A stretch of DNA of 64,000 nucleotides from Selaginella moellendorffii (Eukaryota > Plantae > Lycopodiophyta), in NCBI RefSeq assembly GCF_000143415.4, contig NW_003314274.1:1-64000 (forward strand), read 5' to 3'. The position numbers and the translations under genes are program-made. Below the pieces are notes generated by a model. That model was given only the letters and a program-made list of their open reading frames with translations, was not told the origin of the DNA and made no database searches. Shown here one piece after another: positions 1-9,612 of the stretch; position 1 is the first letter of the stretch; each line of letters begins with the position of its first letter.

Positions 1-19
1 ACAGCGCTCTAGTTGGTGC

Positions 20-1166
20 ATGGATCTCTGGTTTTGGCTGGTGTTCATTATGATCGTGGCGCCGACCGTTCCAGGTTCCGGTACAGGCTTATCGCAAGTT
101 TCCATGGCTGATGTCGTAACGCTTTGCTCCAGCTGCAGGGACTGTGGGTGTTAACTATGGCCGCTTAGCCTCAAAGCTTCCTTCGCCTGGGGAGGTTGTC
201 GAGCTTGTTCGATCTCTCGGGGTGACAAAAGTTAGGATCTACGACACTGATGCGACCGTTTTGCAGGCCTTCGCCAACACAAGCATCGAACTGACAGTCT
301 CGGTTCCTAACAACGATATACCGGCTCTTGCTACAAACATCAGCACGGCCCAGAACTGGGTGAACAGCTCCATATTATTGTTTTATCCGCAGACGAAGGT
401 CACAACTATCTTGGTTGGCTACGAGGTGTTAACGGCTGGACAGCATATTATGCCATATCTCCTTACTGCTATGGAGAACATACATTCGGCTCTTGCTACT
501 CTAAAAATCGACTCACAGGTGAAGGTCTCTACTACTCACTCGCTAAACATTCTCAACATGACTTCTCCGCCGTCGCTATGCTCCTTCGACCATGAAGCAA
601 TCGTCAGACCTTTGTTACAGTTTCTATCGAAAACGGGTGCTCCCTTTATGGTTAACATTTACACTTTCTCGACGTTTCAGCAGGACAAGGGTCGGAACTT
701 TCCCGAGTCATTTGCGTTGCTGAAACCCACTGGCTTCGTGGTTGTCGATCCCATTTCCAGGCTACGGTACGAGAATTTGTTCTTGGCTCAGCTGGACGCG
801 GTTTACTCGGCAATTGATAATTTCGGTTTCAGTGACATACAGGTGACTGACTCCTTACGGTTTGCAAATCGTCTAAACTTGTGACAGTCCTTGTTCCAGG
901 TGGCTGTCTCCGAGACTGGGTGGCCGTTCACTGGAAAAAGTGGAGCAAGCGTTCGCAAGTCAAGGTCTTACAATCAACACGTTGCAAGGCTTTGTCTGTC
1001 GGGTGCGGGGACCCCTCTGGTCCGTGACAGACCGATCGAAGTGTTTATCTACTCGCTGTTCAACGAGGATTTGCAGCCGTCATCACTGGGTACTTTCGGG
1101 CTTTACTTCACCAACAAGTCGAGGGTGTTTGACTTCGATACTCGCACCTTGCAGCCCTCGAAGTAA
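20..1166 (+). CDS. Glucan endo-1,3-beta-glucosidase (GH17), secreted, 3 exons
   Basis: ATG at 20 gives signal peptide MDLWFWLVFIMIVAPTVP. Phase-1 intron (75 or 81)..132, then GVNYGRLASKLPSP and KVRIYD. Intron 843..899, then VAVSETGWP (nucleophile Glu) and YSLFNED. Confidence 0.9.
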
Positions 1167-1440
1167 GTTCTATGATCAAATTTCTTTTTTAGGCGTCTTC
1201 TCTGTTGAATGAAGACTCGAGGCTTTTATTGTCAGCTGAAAAACGTCATAGTGACTTCGAGAATGCTAAATTGTCTCGGTTGGTTTGCTTCATGCCATCG
1301 ATCTGTCAGTGACTCATACGCGGAATGTCTGCGTGTTTCCTTGACAAGGATCATCATCCAAATGCGACTTAAACTCCGGCATAGGCGGTTCGAGGCACAT
1401 ATATCGATAAGCTCTGGCATATCTTTCAGTCGAACAAGCA

Positions 1441-2085
1441 ATGGCCTCCGGATCACCCATCATCAGCTTTTTCCTGCTATCACTGGCTCTCGTGGCAAAC
1501 GCAGCTGATCCAGATCCAGTTCTCGACTTCTGCGTCGCCAACAACAGCAGCAGCGGCTCCTCGGGATCATGCAGAAATCCTTCGGCAGTCACCGGCCAGG
1601 ACTTCGTGTCCGAGATCCTCAGGAACATGAACAACACGCAGGGTCCAAACACCTTCAACGCAACTCTGGCGTCAGTTTCAACGTTTCCGGGCCTCAACAC
1701 GATGGGTCTCTCGATCGCGAGGGTCGACTTTGGCGTCGGGGGTGTGGTTCCGACTCACGTCCATCCCAGAGCATCGGAGCTCGTCTACGTCGCGGAGGGG
1801 ACAATCTCGGCCGGATTCGTGGACACCAACAACGTTTTGTTTGCTCGGACGCTCCAGAGAGGTGACTTGATCATCATTCCCAGGGGTCTGCTCCACTACC
1901 TGTACAACGTTGGCAGTGAGCCTGCTATTGCGTTTGTGGTGTATAACAGCCAGGAGGCTGGACTCCAGCTGCTGGGGCCGAGCTTGTTTGGATCAGAGAT
2001 CCCCACTCCAGTTCTTGCGTCGTCGCTGTCTCTCAATGAGAGCACCATCGCTGCCTTGCGAGGAATCTATGCTCCTTCCTCTTGA
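1441..2085 (+). CDS. Germin-like protein (cupin), intronless, secreted
   Basis: Signal peptide, ADPDPVLDFCVA N-terminus, FPGLNTMGLS, germin box 1 HVHPRASE and box 2 PRGLLHY. Confidence 0.95.
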   Translation: MASGSPIISFFLLSLALVANAADPDPVLDFCVANNSSSGSSGSCRNPSAVTGQDFVSEILRNMNNTQGPNTFNATLASVSTFPGLNTMGLSIARVDFGVGGVVPTHVHPRASELVYVAEGTISAGFVDTNNVLFARTLQRGDLIIIPRGLLHYLYNVGSEPAIAFVVYNSQEAGLQLLGPSLFGSEIPTPVLASSLSLNESTIAALRGIYAPSS

Positions 2086-2384
2086 ATTTGTTCGTAAACA
2101 TGCGTTGAGTAAAGATTCGCTGCTGCATTTGTGCTTTAAGTTTCTTTGTTTAAACTCTTAAATTGCACTAGATTTTCATTGATTCGTTTTATCTATAAAT
2201 AACACGGCACATACGTATGGTCCATATGATCGTTTGTTTTCAATTGAGTACTATTGCACAATCTGTGTTCCTTCCGTTTGAACGAAAGCGGAGATTGCAG
2301 AAAACATCGGCTGGGTACGGTGCGTTCTTGTGAGACCTATGAATTACAAAGTCCACCAAAATGGTTAGACTTCCAGGAAATCCC

Positions 2385-2722
2385 TCTAGGGGGTTCCAAC
2401 GTTCATATGTTGTGCTCCAGATCCAAGGCGCGCCAACAAAGCCACCCGAAACTGCTATTCAAACTTCAAGGAATCTCAAGCGATGCCGTCTGGCTGTGCA
2501 AATGGATATCCTAGATCGGGTTACCAGCAGTGGTCCTAGTGACAAGGCCCTTGCTTGGCAAGCTTCTGTCAGTGCTCCAGCACCACGCGATTCTAGCAGC
2601 GCTAGGCCAAAATTTATGCAATCCGTGGCCTGGTACAAGCATGCATTTGTCACCAATCCAGTGAATGATTATGACAATGCAGAGAATGCTTTTTGACTAC
2701 TGGTGCTATGAAATGGAGGCTT
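2385..2722 (+). pseudogene. Decayed, internally deleted copy of the 5' part of the aladin gene
   Basis: RDSSSARPKFMQSVAWYKH here versus RDSSSARPKFLQSMAWHKH at ~5878. PKLLFK, QMDI and the leader sequence aacgttcat(a/g)tgttg are shared in colinear order with gaps and frameshifts. Confidence 0.85.
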
Positions 2723-4122
2723 CTAGAAATTCTTTGTTGGCTTATGATTAATTTTAAGTACTATTTGTAATCCTAACCTTAACCATTTAAGAATCTATTG
2801 CATTCTGTTTATTTATCACTCCACATACTACTTTTTCTCTTTGATGGATTTCTATTCTTTTCTTGATTTTTAGGTTTACAAAGTATCATCACTACTTTAT
2901 AAGCTTTAAATATTGTTGTCTTTGATTGAACTATGATTTCTCTTAACTTCAAAGTCCAATGTGTAATTATGGTGAATTAATTAATGGTTTAGAGTAGCTT
3001 GATTTATAAATCTTTCTTACTTTTTAATATATCAAACATAGGATAAATTATATGATCGATATCATCTAATAATTAGCAGTCTTCCATAGAGAAAACACCA
3101 AATGACAATTAGAAAATGAAGTTAGATGATGCTAATAAAATACTACATTTTTATTTTTCTTCTTGCTCTTTCAGTATAACTATTAGTTACACTATGTTTA
3201 AGTACATTACACTATTATAAATTTATTATATTTTTAAAAAATTTATTTTACTATTTATGCAAGAAAACCATTTTTAAAATATGTATAAATAAACTTTTTA
3301 AACTTTATATTAGCACACAGTTACATTAAAATGTTATTTGTTTGCCTAGGTTGTTGCCTTTAAAAAGGAAACAAAAGATTTTTTCATAATACAATAAGTA
3401 AATTAATTTTAAATAAAATTAAAAAAATTTAATAAAATTTTAATTCATAATGAAATAATTTAATAGTATTATATTTTATATGCTCAAAGAAACCTTCAAA
3501 TGACCAACTATTCCATCTATAATCACTTTTTGTTATATTTTTTGCTGGACCTTGAAAAATTAAAATTTGATATGCCTCATCATTTATATAAAATGTTATA
3601 TTTTTTATAATGCTGTTATCTCTTTAAATAATAAATATATTTTAAATATGCAACCCTAAAACCTAAACCCTAAACCTTTCTATATTTACTAACATTCATA
3701 AGATCTTTACTTAAACAAATATCAAAGAAAAATCATTAAAAAATATTAAAATTAAAATATATACACCATACTATTAACACTATTAACTAGTTTTCTATAA
3801 AAATAATATAAATTTAAGAAATAAACTACTTACACAAAATGAAACTATGGATAGATTAAAAATGAAAAATGTTATCGTGTGAGCTATTGTTGCTAGCTCA
3901 AAGGCTATTAGCAACTTAGCATGTGAGGTTTAACTATGCCGAGAATATTTTAAAGATGTTCTTTTTGTCTGAAAACTTAAATCACGTGAGACATTGGTCT
4001 CATACCGAGACTCGAACTTGGGCTCTTGTCTTTTTATCTCCAGGGAATCGAACTAGGTCCGATGTAGTGGTTCTTCCCCCCCAATAAAATGGAGATGCTT
4101 CCACGCGTTTCCCCTTGTAATC

Positions 4123-4660
4123 TTAGTGGTCTCCTACCTCATTTCTGATATAGCACGTCTGCTTTGCCATGCCCTCAGCCGTTGCTGCGTCACTGTTTAG
4201 CATCCTAGCTGCCCGAATCAATGCTGCCCAGTACTGTTGCATGGACTCGCCTCTCTTGAATTTGTGATCCCTCATCGTGAGGAAGGCACGTTCAGCAGGC
4301 TGTCCAAGCTGGAAGAGGCAGCGGCCACGTTGAATTGCCTCCTCCCAAGATTCCTCTTCAACTCCACTCCGATGGGCCATAAAAAGTCGTTGTGCTTCCC
4401 CTTCCAGAGCCATGCATAATCTCTCTCCCTGCCACTTTGTTGTTGTGTGCTGCACACTTGAAAATCTCCAGATAGAGCTCAAAGTCTTCTCCCATTTTGT
4501 ATATAGGATACTTGACGTGAGCCAATGACGAAACTTCTGGGCAGAAAAGCTCCTTTCTCGTTGTAGCATTTCCCGCTACTACTAATCGCCATGTGACCTG
4601 GGGGTCCTTCAAGAGTGCAACGTCAGCATTCTCCAGCAGCCTCTTAGTGGTTGCCTCCAC
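4123..4660 (-). mobile_element. Frameshifted retrotransposon gag-like remnant
   Basis: Two overlapping frames give PIYKMGEDFELYLEIF and ALEGEAQ...KFKRGESMQQYWAALIRAARML, resembling the Ty3/gypsy capsid major-homology region. No pol seen. Confidence 0.55.
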
Positions 4661-4846
4661 TCTTGGTTCCTTAGACAGCCGGTCAGACGCATCCTCCCTT
4701 TCCCTGAGCGGAGTGGAGCATTCGAGTCCCCTTCGTGGCCAGATGCCAATCCTCGTGTCAGCGGAGATGCCATGCTTTCAGTTCATGCCAGACGAGAAAG
4801 GCGCCATGGCCCAAGCACGTCACTAGCACCAAGGGTAGATCACCAA

Positions 4847-4931
4847 GATCCCCCCACCACTGGCCGCCTCGGCTCAGCTCATTCCTCATCACTTGATCCC
4901 CCCACCACTGGCCTCCTCGGCTCAGCTCATT
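4847..4931. repeat. 48-bp-period tandem repeat (~1.8 copies)
   Basis: gatccccccaccactggcc(g/t)cctcggctcagctcatt at 4847 and 4895. Confidence 0.9.
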
Positions 4932-5496
4932 TCTCAGCCCTGGTTGGATGTATGGTGGCTCCAACTTTTGGATGCCATGCCTTGTGACCAAACCTCTTGG
5001 TCACACTGGCTGTCCTAGCCAGGAAAGTCCTTTTGGCCATGCGTGTCCTCCACACAAGCATGTTACTGCGCAAGCCCTCATGCTCAAAATTTTAGTCATG
5101 CCAGAAATGGAATTGAAAAAGGAAAATTCATATAGACCCAGCCCATATTTGATGAGGTGCCCCTCACCTCCACCATATGGGCGTACGAGGCTTACTAGAG
5201 TCCACACTAGGTCAAAGCCCTTACTGTGCTCAGATCTTGATCACCCTTGCTTGTCACACCATTCCCAAGCCAATCCTCCTTCCAACCCTAGCTCCCACCA
5301 TGTCCTTTATCGCTGCCCTGCTGCATCCCAAGAAGTCCGCTGCTGATCTGCCGCCCGATCCTCTCCCTGCCACGTCAGATCTCCTTGCTGAGTCATCCCT
5401 CCACGTGTTTTGCCTCACTTTGTTATACGGGCTCGTTATTGGCCGCTACACCGATGCTAGGGTTCTAACGTTCATGTGTTGGGCTCTCGACGAACA

Positions 5497-6924
5497 ATGC
5501 CGAGCGTCCCGTCCATTGCTGAGGAGACCGTCTGCGAGATCAATCGCGATTTCCTCACTCGCGCCCAGCAGCAGCAGCCGCAGCAGCAGGGCGGCGATGT
5601 TTCATCCAAGGCGCATGAGCAGTACAACAAGGTCCTCAACAGAGTCTTCCCCAAGCTGCTGTTCAAGGTTGGAACGATCCCGATCGCCGACGACAATGGC
5701 AGCAATGGGATTGCTGCGCAGATGGATATTTCGGCGCCAGGAGGATCTCTCGAGGGGGAGGAAGAGGATCTGGTTAGGGCGACTGCAGCAGCGGTGGAAG
5801 AAACCCTAGACGAGGCCCTTGGCGAGCCTCTGTCGGCGCTCCAGCGCCTCGGATCTCTCTTCTACAGGGGCGAGAAGCGCGATTCCAGCAGCGCCAGGCC
5901 GAAATTTCTCCAGTCCATGGCCTGGCACAAGCACAAGCTCCTCCTCGCATTCGTCGCCAATCCAGCGCACGTCCTAGTGGTGGATTACGACGACGCCGAC
6001 GCCAAGAATCCCTTTCTTCTTGGCCATGAAACCCAGCAGCGCGGCGTGGAAGCGATCGAGTGGAGACCAAACTCGGGCTCGATTCTGGCCGTTGGATGCC
6101 GCGGTGGAGTTTGCCTGTGGACGGCATCCGGTGCCACGCCACCTTTGAGGACCGGGGCTGTGGTGCCTCTCGTCTCAGCGGCTACGAAATGGAGCCTGGT
6201 GGATTTTCTGCGCTGGGGGATCGATATGCCCGTCTCGGCTCTCTCGTGGAGCCCCTGTGGAAGGCTCTTGGCGTGTGGATCGAGCGAGACGCCGACTTTC
6301 GCAGTGTGGGACGTCTCTCTCGGGGAGAGCACGCCTCTGCGACGAGGAATGGCCGGCGTCCAGTTCATGAAGTGGTCGCCGCTGGGGGACTACTTGCTCA
6401 CGGCCAAAGTTGACGCGTCGTTTCATCTCTGGGAGACCATGACTTGGACGTCCGAGCCGTGGGCCTCGGCTGGTGGAGCTCTCGTGGGCGCGGCGTGGAG
6501 TCCCGATGGCCGGATGATCATGGGTGCTTTTGATCAGAGCAGCACGCTCGGGACTTTACACTTTGCTGGGAAGCCTCCGTCGCTGGAGGTGCATTTGCTG
6601 CCTTTGGGACTCTCGGAGATAGAAGCGATTTGTGGACCCGGAGGAAGCATTGAGAGGATGGCTTGGGATGGAACAGGGGAAAGGTTGGCGGTGTCGTATA
6701 CAGGTGGTGATGCTGTATACTCTGGTTTGATCGCCATCTACGACACGAGGAGAACACCGATCATATCAGCCTCGTTGCTGGGATTTGTGAGAGGTCCAGG
6801 CGCTGGTGCGAAGCCTCTGGCTTTCGCGTTTCATGATAAGCTCCGGCAGGGAGCTTTACTGGGCGTTTGCTGGAGCACGGGCTTCATCTGCGTCTATCCT
6901 ATGCTCTTCAGGACGGGCATGTAG
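5497..6924 (+). CDS. AAAS: Aladin (WD40 nucleoporin), intronless
   Basis: N-terminus MPSVP...TVCEINRD, WD repeats (EWRPNSG, SWSPCGRLLA, KWSPLGDY) and C-terminal CWSTGFICVYPMLFR match plant aladin. Confidence 0.9.
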   Translation: MPSVPSIAEETVCEINRDFLTRAQQQQPQQQGGDVSSKAHEQYNKVLNRVFPKLLFKVGTIPIADDNGSNGIAAQMDISAPGGSLEGEEEDLVRATAAAVEETLDEALGEPLSALQRLGSLFYRGEKRDSSSARPKFLQSMAWHKHKLLLAFVANPAHVLVVDYDDADAKNPFLLGHETQQRGVEAIEWRPNSGSILAVGCRGGVCLWTASGATPPLRTGAVVPLVSAATKWSLVDFLRWGIDMPVSALSWSPCGRLLACGSSETPTFAVWDVSLGESTPLRRGMAGVQFMKWSPLGDYLLTAKVDASFHLWETMTWTSEPWASAGGALVGAAWSPDGRMIMGAFDQSSTLGTLHFAGKPPSLEVHLLPLGLSEIEAICGPGGSIERMAWDGTGERLAVSYTGGDAVYSGLIAIYDTRRTPIISASLLGFVRGPGAGAKPLAFAFHDKLRQGALLGVCWSTGFICVYPMLFRTGM

Positions 6925-7012
6925 AGTCGTATATCATCGAGCGAAGATATGAAGGGAGGTGAGCATTCGTTTTTACTGTTTGCATTCGAAACATTTTTGA
7001 AATGAGCATTTT

Positions 7013-9010
7013 TCAGTCCTCGTCATTCTCGTCTCCGGTTTGCCGTGCCTGGTGCTTGTCTAACTGTTCCTGCAGATTAGCAATCGTGTCTACCAGCTTT
7101 GCATACTCCTCATGAGTATGTTTTCTGGCCGTTTCCTTGATTTTCTCCCAGATAGCTTCGTCGTAAGGGACTTCTTTTGCAGCTATCTCCGTTCGCAGCA
7201 GGGTCACGGCTCCCTGAAGATCTTCCAGCTGCTGCTGTAAGGCCATTTGTTCCCGTTGAGATTGCTGATTCTGTTTGTTTGCTTCTGCAGCCTCGGCTCG
7301 AGCCCTTCGCAGTAACTCGTTCTTCTCTGTCAACTTTAGCCTGGCATCCTCGACTTGCTTCTTTATGTCCTGGAAGTTGTCCTCTACCGCGTGTAGCTTG
7401 GACGTTACTGCCTCGCATTCTTGTTGAAGCTTGGTCAGGCCTTCCTGGTGCTCCATCACCATGGAACCGTAGCTCTCGATGTCGTCCTCTAAGTCTTTTT
7501 TTACTCTTTCAATCTTTTCTAGTGCTTCTTTCATCTGGCTCTCGGATTTCTCCATCTGCGTGATCTTTATGTGTGCGATTGTCACCTCCGTCTTGTACTG
7601 GTCCCTGAGCTTTCTGGCTTCCTTGAGATCTTCCTCGGTGCGTTCTCTTATCATCCTTTCAAAGTTAAGCTGGCCAGTCGTCGCGTTTAGCATCTGGTTC
7701 ACTCTCTTTTGCACTTCCTCCTCGGTATAGAGCTCACCCAACGCTTTTGTTGCTTCAGAGAGCAGAGAGGAGATCTTTGCTTTGGGATTTATCCCGTAGA
7801 ACATCTTGGTGAATGGAGAGCCGATGGAGTTTTCAGAAGGAGGCGGTGGCGTTGGTGGCGGACATAGCTGAGGTGGCGGCGCTGGCGGCGGCGGTACTGG
7901 TGCACTAAACGCGCTCTTTACTGTCGGTGCGAACAGCGGAGCAGTGGCTGGTCTGGCCAACTTCGGAGAGCTGACGTTGGTGACGACGGACGAGGGATTC
8001 AAGTCGATTGCGTCGAGAGCACATTTCACGTCCACCTTCTCGCAGGTACTGATTGGAATCGCCACTGGTCTTTCCGCTGACGTCTGGATCGCTGATGGAA
8101 TGGCAGTAGCAACCTCCAGGACATAACTCCGTGGAACCGGAGCTATGGTCGGAACGGGGCTCTTGACGACCAGAGGCTCCGCCGGATTCACCTCTTGGTC
8201 TTGCAAGGCATCGAAGATATGGGTGATGAGAGGGCCAGCACCGAAGACAACAGTGTTGTTCGCCTTCTGCTTCATCCTCCGCAGCTCCTTGAGGATGTTC
8301 TGGAACATATACTCGGACCAGTTCACCTTGAATCCTTGCAAGCCTTGGGCGATGATCTCGACCAAGTTCCGGGACGTGTAGCCGGAGCTCACTCTCAGCT
8401 GTATCACCTCCGCGATCAACGAGAAGATTGGTGCCAGCGAAGGGTCCACCAGCTTGTCGTGCCTGTATCCCAAGTCCTTTTGGTAAGCGCCTTCCTTGAA
8501 GAGCATCACCTGGTCGCTGTTCTCAAACGATCGCTTGAAGCTCAGGACGCCCTCGTAGGAGAGCTTGAAGCGCTGGGAGATGAGGTTTGCAGTGAAACAC
8601 ACTCGTTTCCCCTTGACCACCGTCTGGTTTGTTTTCAGGTTGTAGTTGGCCACGAACTCCCGGACGAGCGAGACGCAGGTGACGTTCCACTTGACATCCG
8701 CGAGGCTGTGGAGGCCGAGAGTGGTGAGGAAGTCCATCCGGGGGCAGCCTTGCTCGAGCCAGTAGGAGGCGGCAATGTAAGTCCGGAACTTCAGATTTTT
8801 AGCTACTGCGTACCCAATGACATCGGCAGAAGTGGAAGAAGAAGAAGACGGTGGTGGTGTGGCCGTGAGTGTGGGAGCCGCCGCCGGCAGCGGAAGAACT
8901 AGAACTCCCCTCGTCCTGAGCTTCTTCTTGGCGGCGCCGTCTTCCTCCTCATCGCTGGCGGCGCTGGCGGCAAGCGGCGGCGGCGGCGGCGGCGGTCGCT
9001 TTGGAGCCAT
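7013..9010 (-). CDS. Uncharacterised intronless protein: transposon accessory/env-like domain, Pro-rich linker, long coiled coil
   Basis: 665-codon open frame from ATG 9010 (MAPKRPPP, basic NLS-like KKKLRTR). LVREFVANY..T.VKGKRV.F..NLIS..F.L and KVNWSEYMF resemble the putative plant transposon protein domain. E/K/Q-rich heptads form the C-terminal third. Confidence 0.75.
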   Translation of the reverse strand: MAPKRPPPPPPPLAASAASDEEEDGAAKKKLRTRGVLVLPLPAAAPTLTATPPPSSSSSTSADVIGYAVAKNLKFRTYIAASYWLEQGCPRMDFLTTLGLHSLADVKWNVTCVSLVREFVANYNLKTNQTVVKGKRVCFTANLISQRFKLSYEGVLSFKRSFENSDQVMLFKEGAYQKDLGYRHDKLVDPSLAPIFSLIAEVIQLRVSSGYTSRNLVEIIAQGLQGFKVNWSEYMFQNILKELRRMKQKANNTVVFGAGPLITHIFDALQDQEVNPAEPLVVKSPVPTIAPVPRSYVLEVATAIPSAIQTSAERPVAIPISTCEKVDVKCALDAIDLNPSSVVTNVSSPKLARPATAPLFAPTVKSAFSAPVPPPPAPPPQLCPPPTPPPPSENSIGSPFTKMFYGINPKAKISSLLSEATKALGELYTEEEVQKRVNQMLNATTGQLNFERMIRERTEEDLKEARKLRDQYKTEVTIAHIKITQMEKSESQMKEALEKIERVKKDLEDDIESYGSMVMEHQEGLTKLQQECEAVTSKLHAVEDNFQDIKKQVEDARLKLTEKNELLRRARAEAAEANKQNQQSQREQMALQQQLEDLQGAVTLLRTEIAAKEVPYDEAIWEKIKETARKHTHEEYAKLVDTIANLQEQLDKHQARQTGDENDED

Positions 9011-9014
9011 GGTA

Positions 9015-9191
9015 TGTGGATTCCTTGAAAAACTCGTGCTGCGAATCTCACCACTTGGATTCCAGGAAACAAGGATGTGAACGGAGGAAGCCACTCACTC
9101 GCAAACAAGCTATGGATGTGGATTCCTTGAAAAGCTCTTGCGGCGAATCAACGATGTGAGCCGAGGAAGCTACTCACTCGCAAACAAGCTA
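9015..9191. repeat. Imperfect direct duplication in the 5' leader/promoter of the 7013-9010 gene
   Basis: atgtggattccttgaaaa at ~9015 and ~9116; gaggaagc(c/t)actcactcgcaaacaagcta at ~9084 and ~9163. Confidence 0.85.
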
Positions 9192-9612
9192 CCGCTCAAA
9201 GATCTACATCCTCAGAGCATTGTAATAATTTCTTTTCCCAGGAAACAAGGAGACTTCCTTCCAGGGACAGGGAATCTTAAAGAAGGCCGAGCTCCTTGCT
9301 TCCAGGCCCAGACCCTCCCAAGAAATGGATATACTCAAGGAAGACAAGTGCTATAGCGGTGGAGATGCCATGCGACGGGATCTTGGTGGAATATGCCCGT
9401 GACAGAGGCAGGGGATCTTTTTCTTGTGCAAGGCAAACGATTCCCCGCCGGATGCTCGCCACGTGCTCGGTGCGGATGCGTCGCGGCATCACGCGTTTGA
9501 GTCTGCGGATATGCCACGTCCGCGGCATCTCGCATTTAATGATCTTCTAACCGTACGATTCCCAGGGGATATTCTTGATTCAAACGAAGATTCTATTTAA
9601 AATGGACAAACT

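Noticed and set aside
3652-3676. aaccctaaaacctaaaccctaaacc as interstitial telomere
   Set aside because: Only about three imperfect units. Too short to call a telomeric array.
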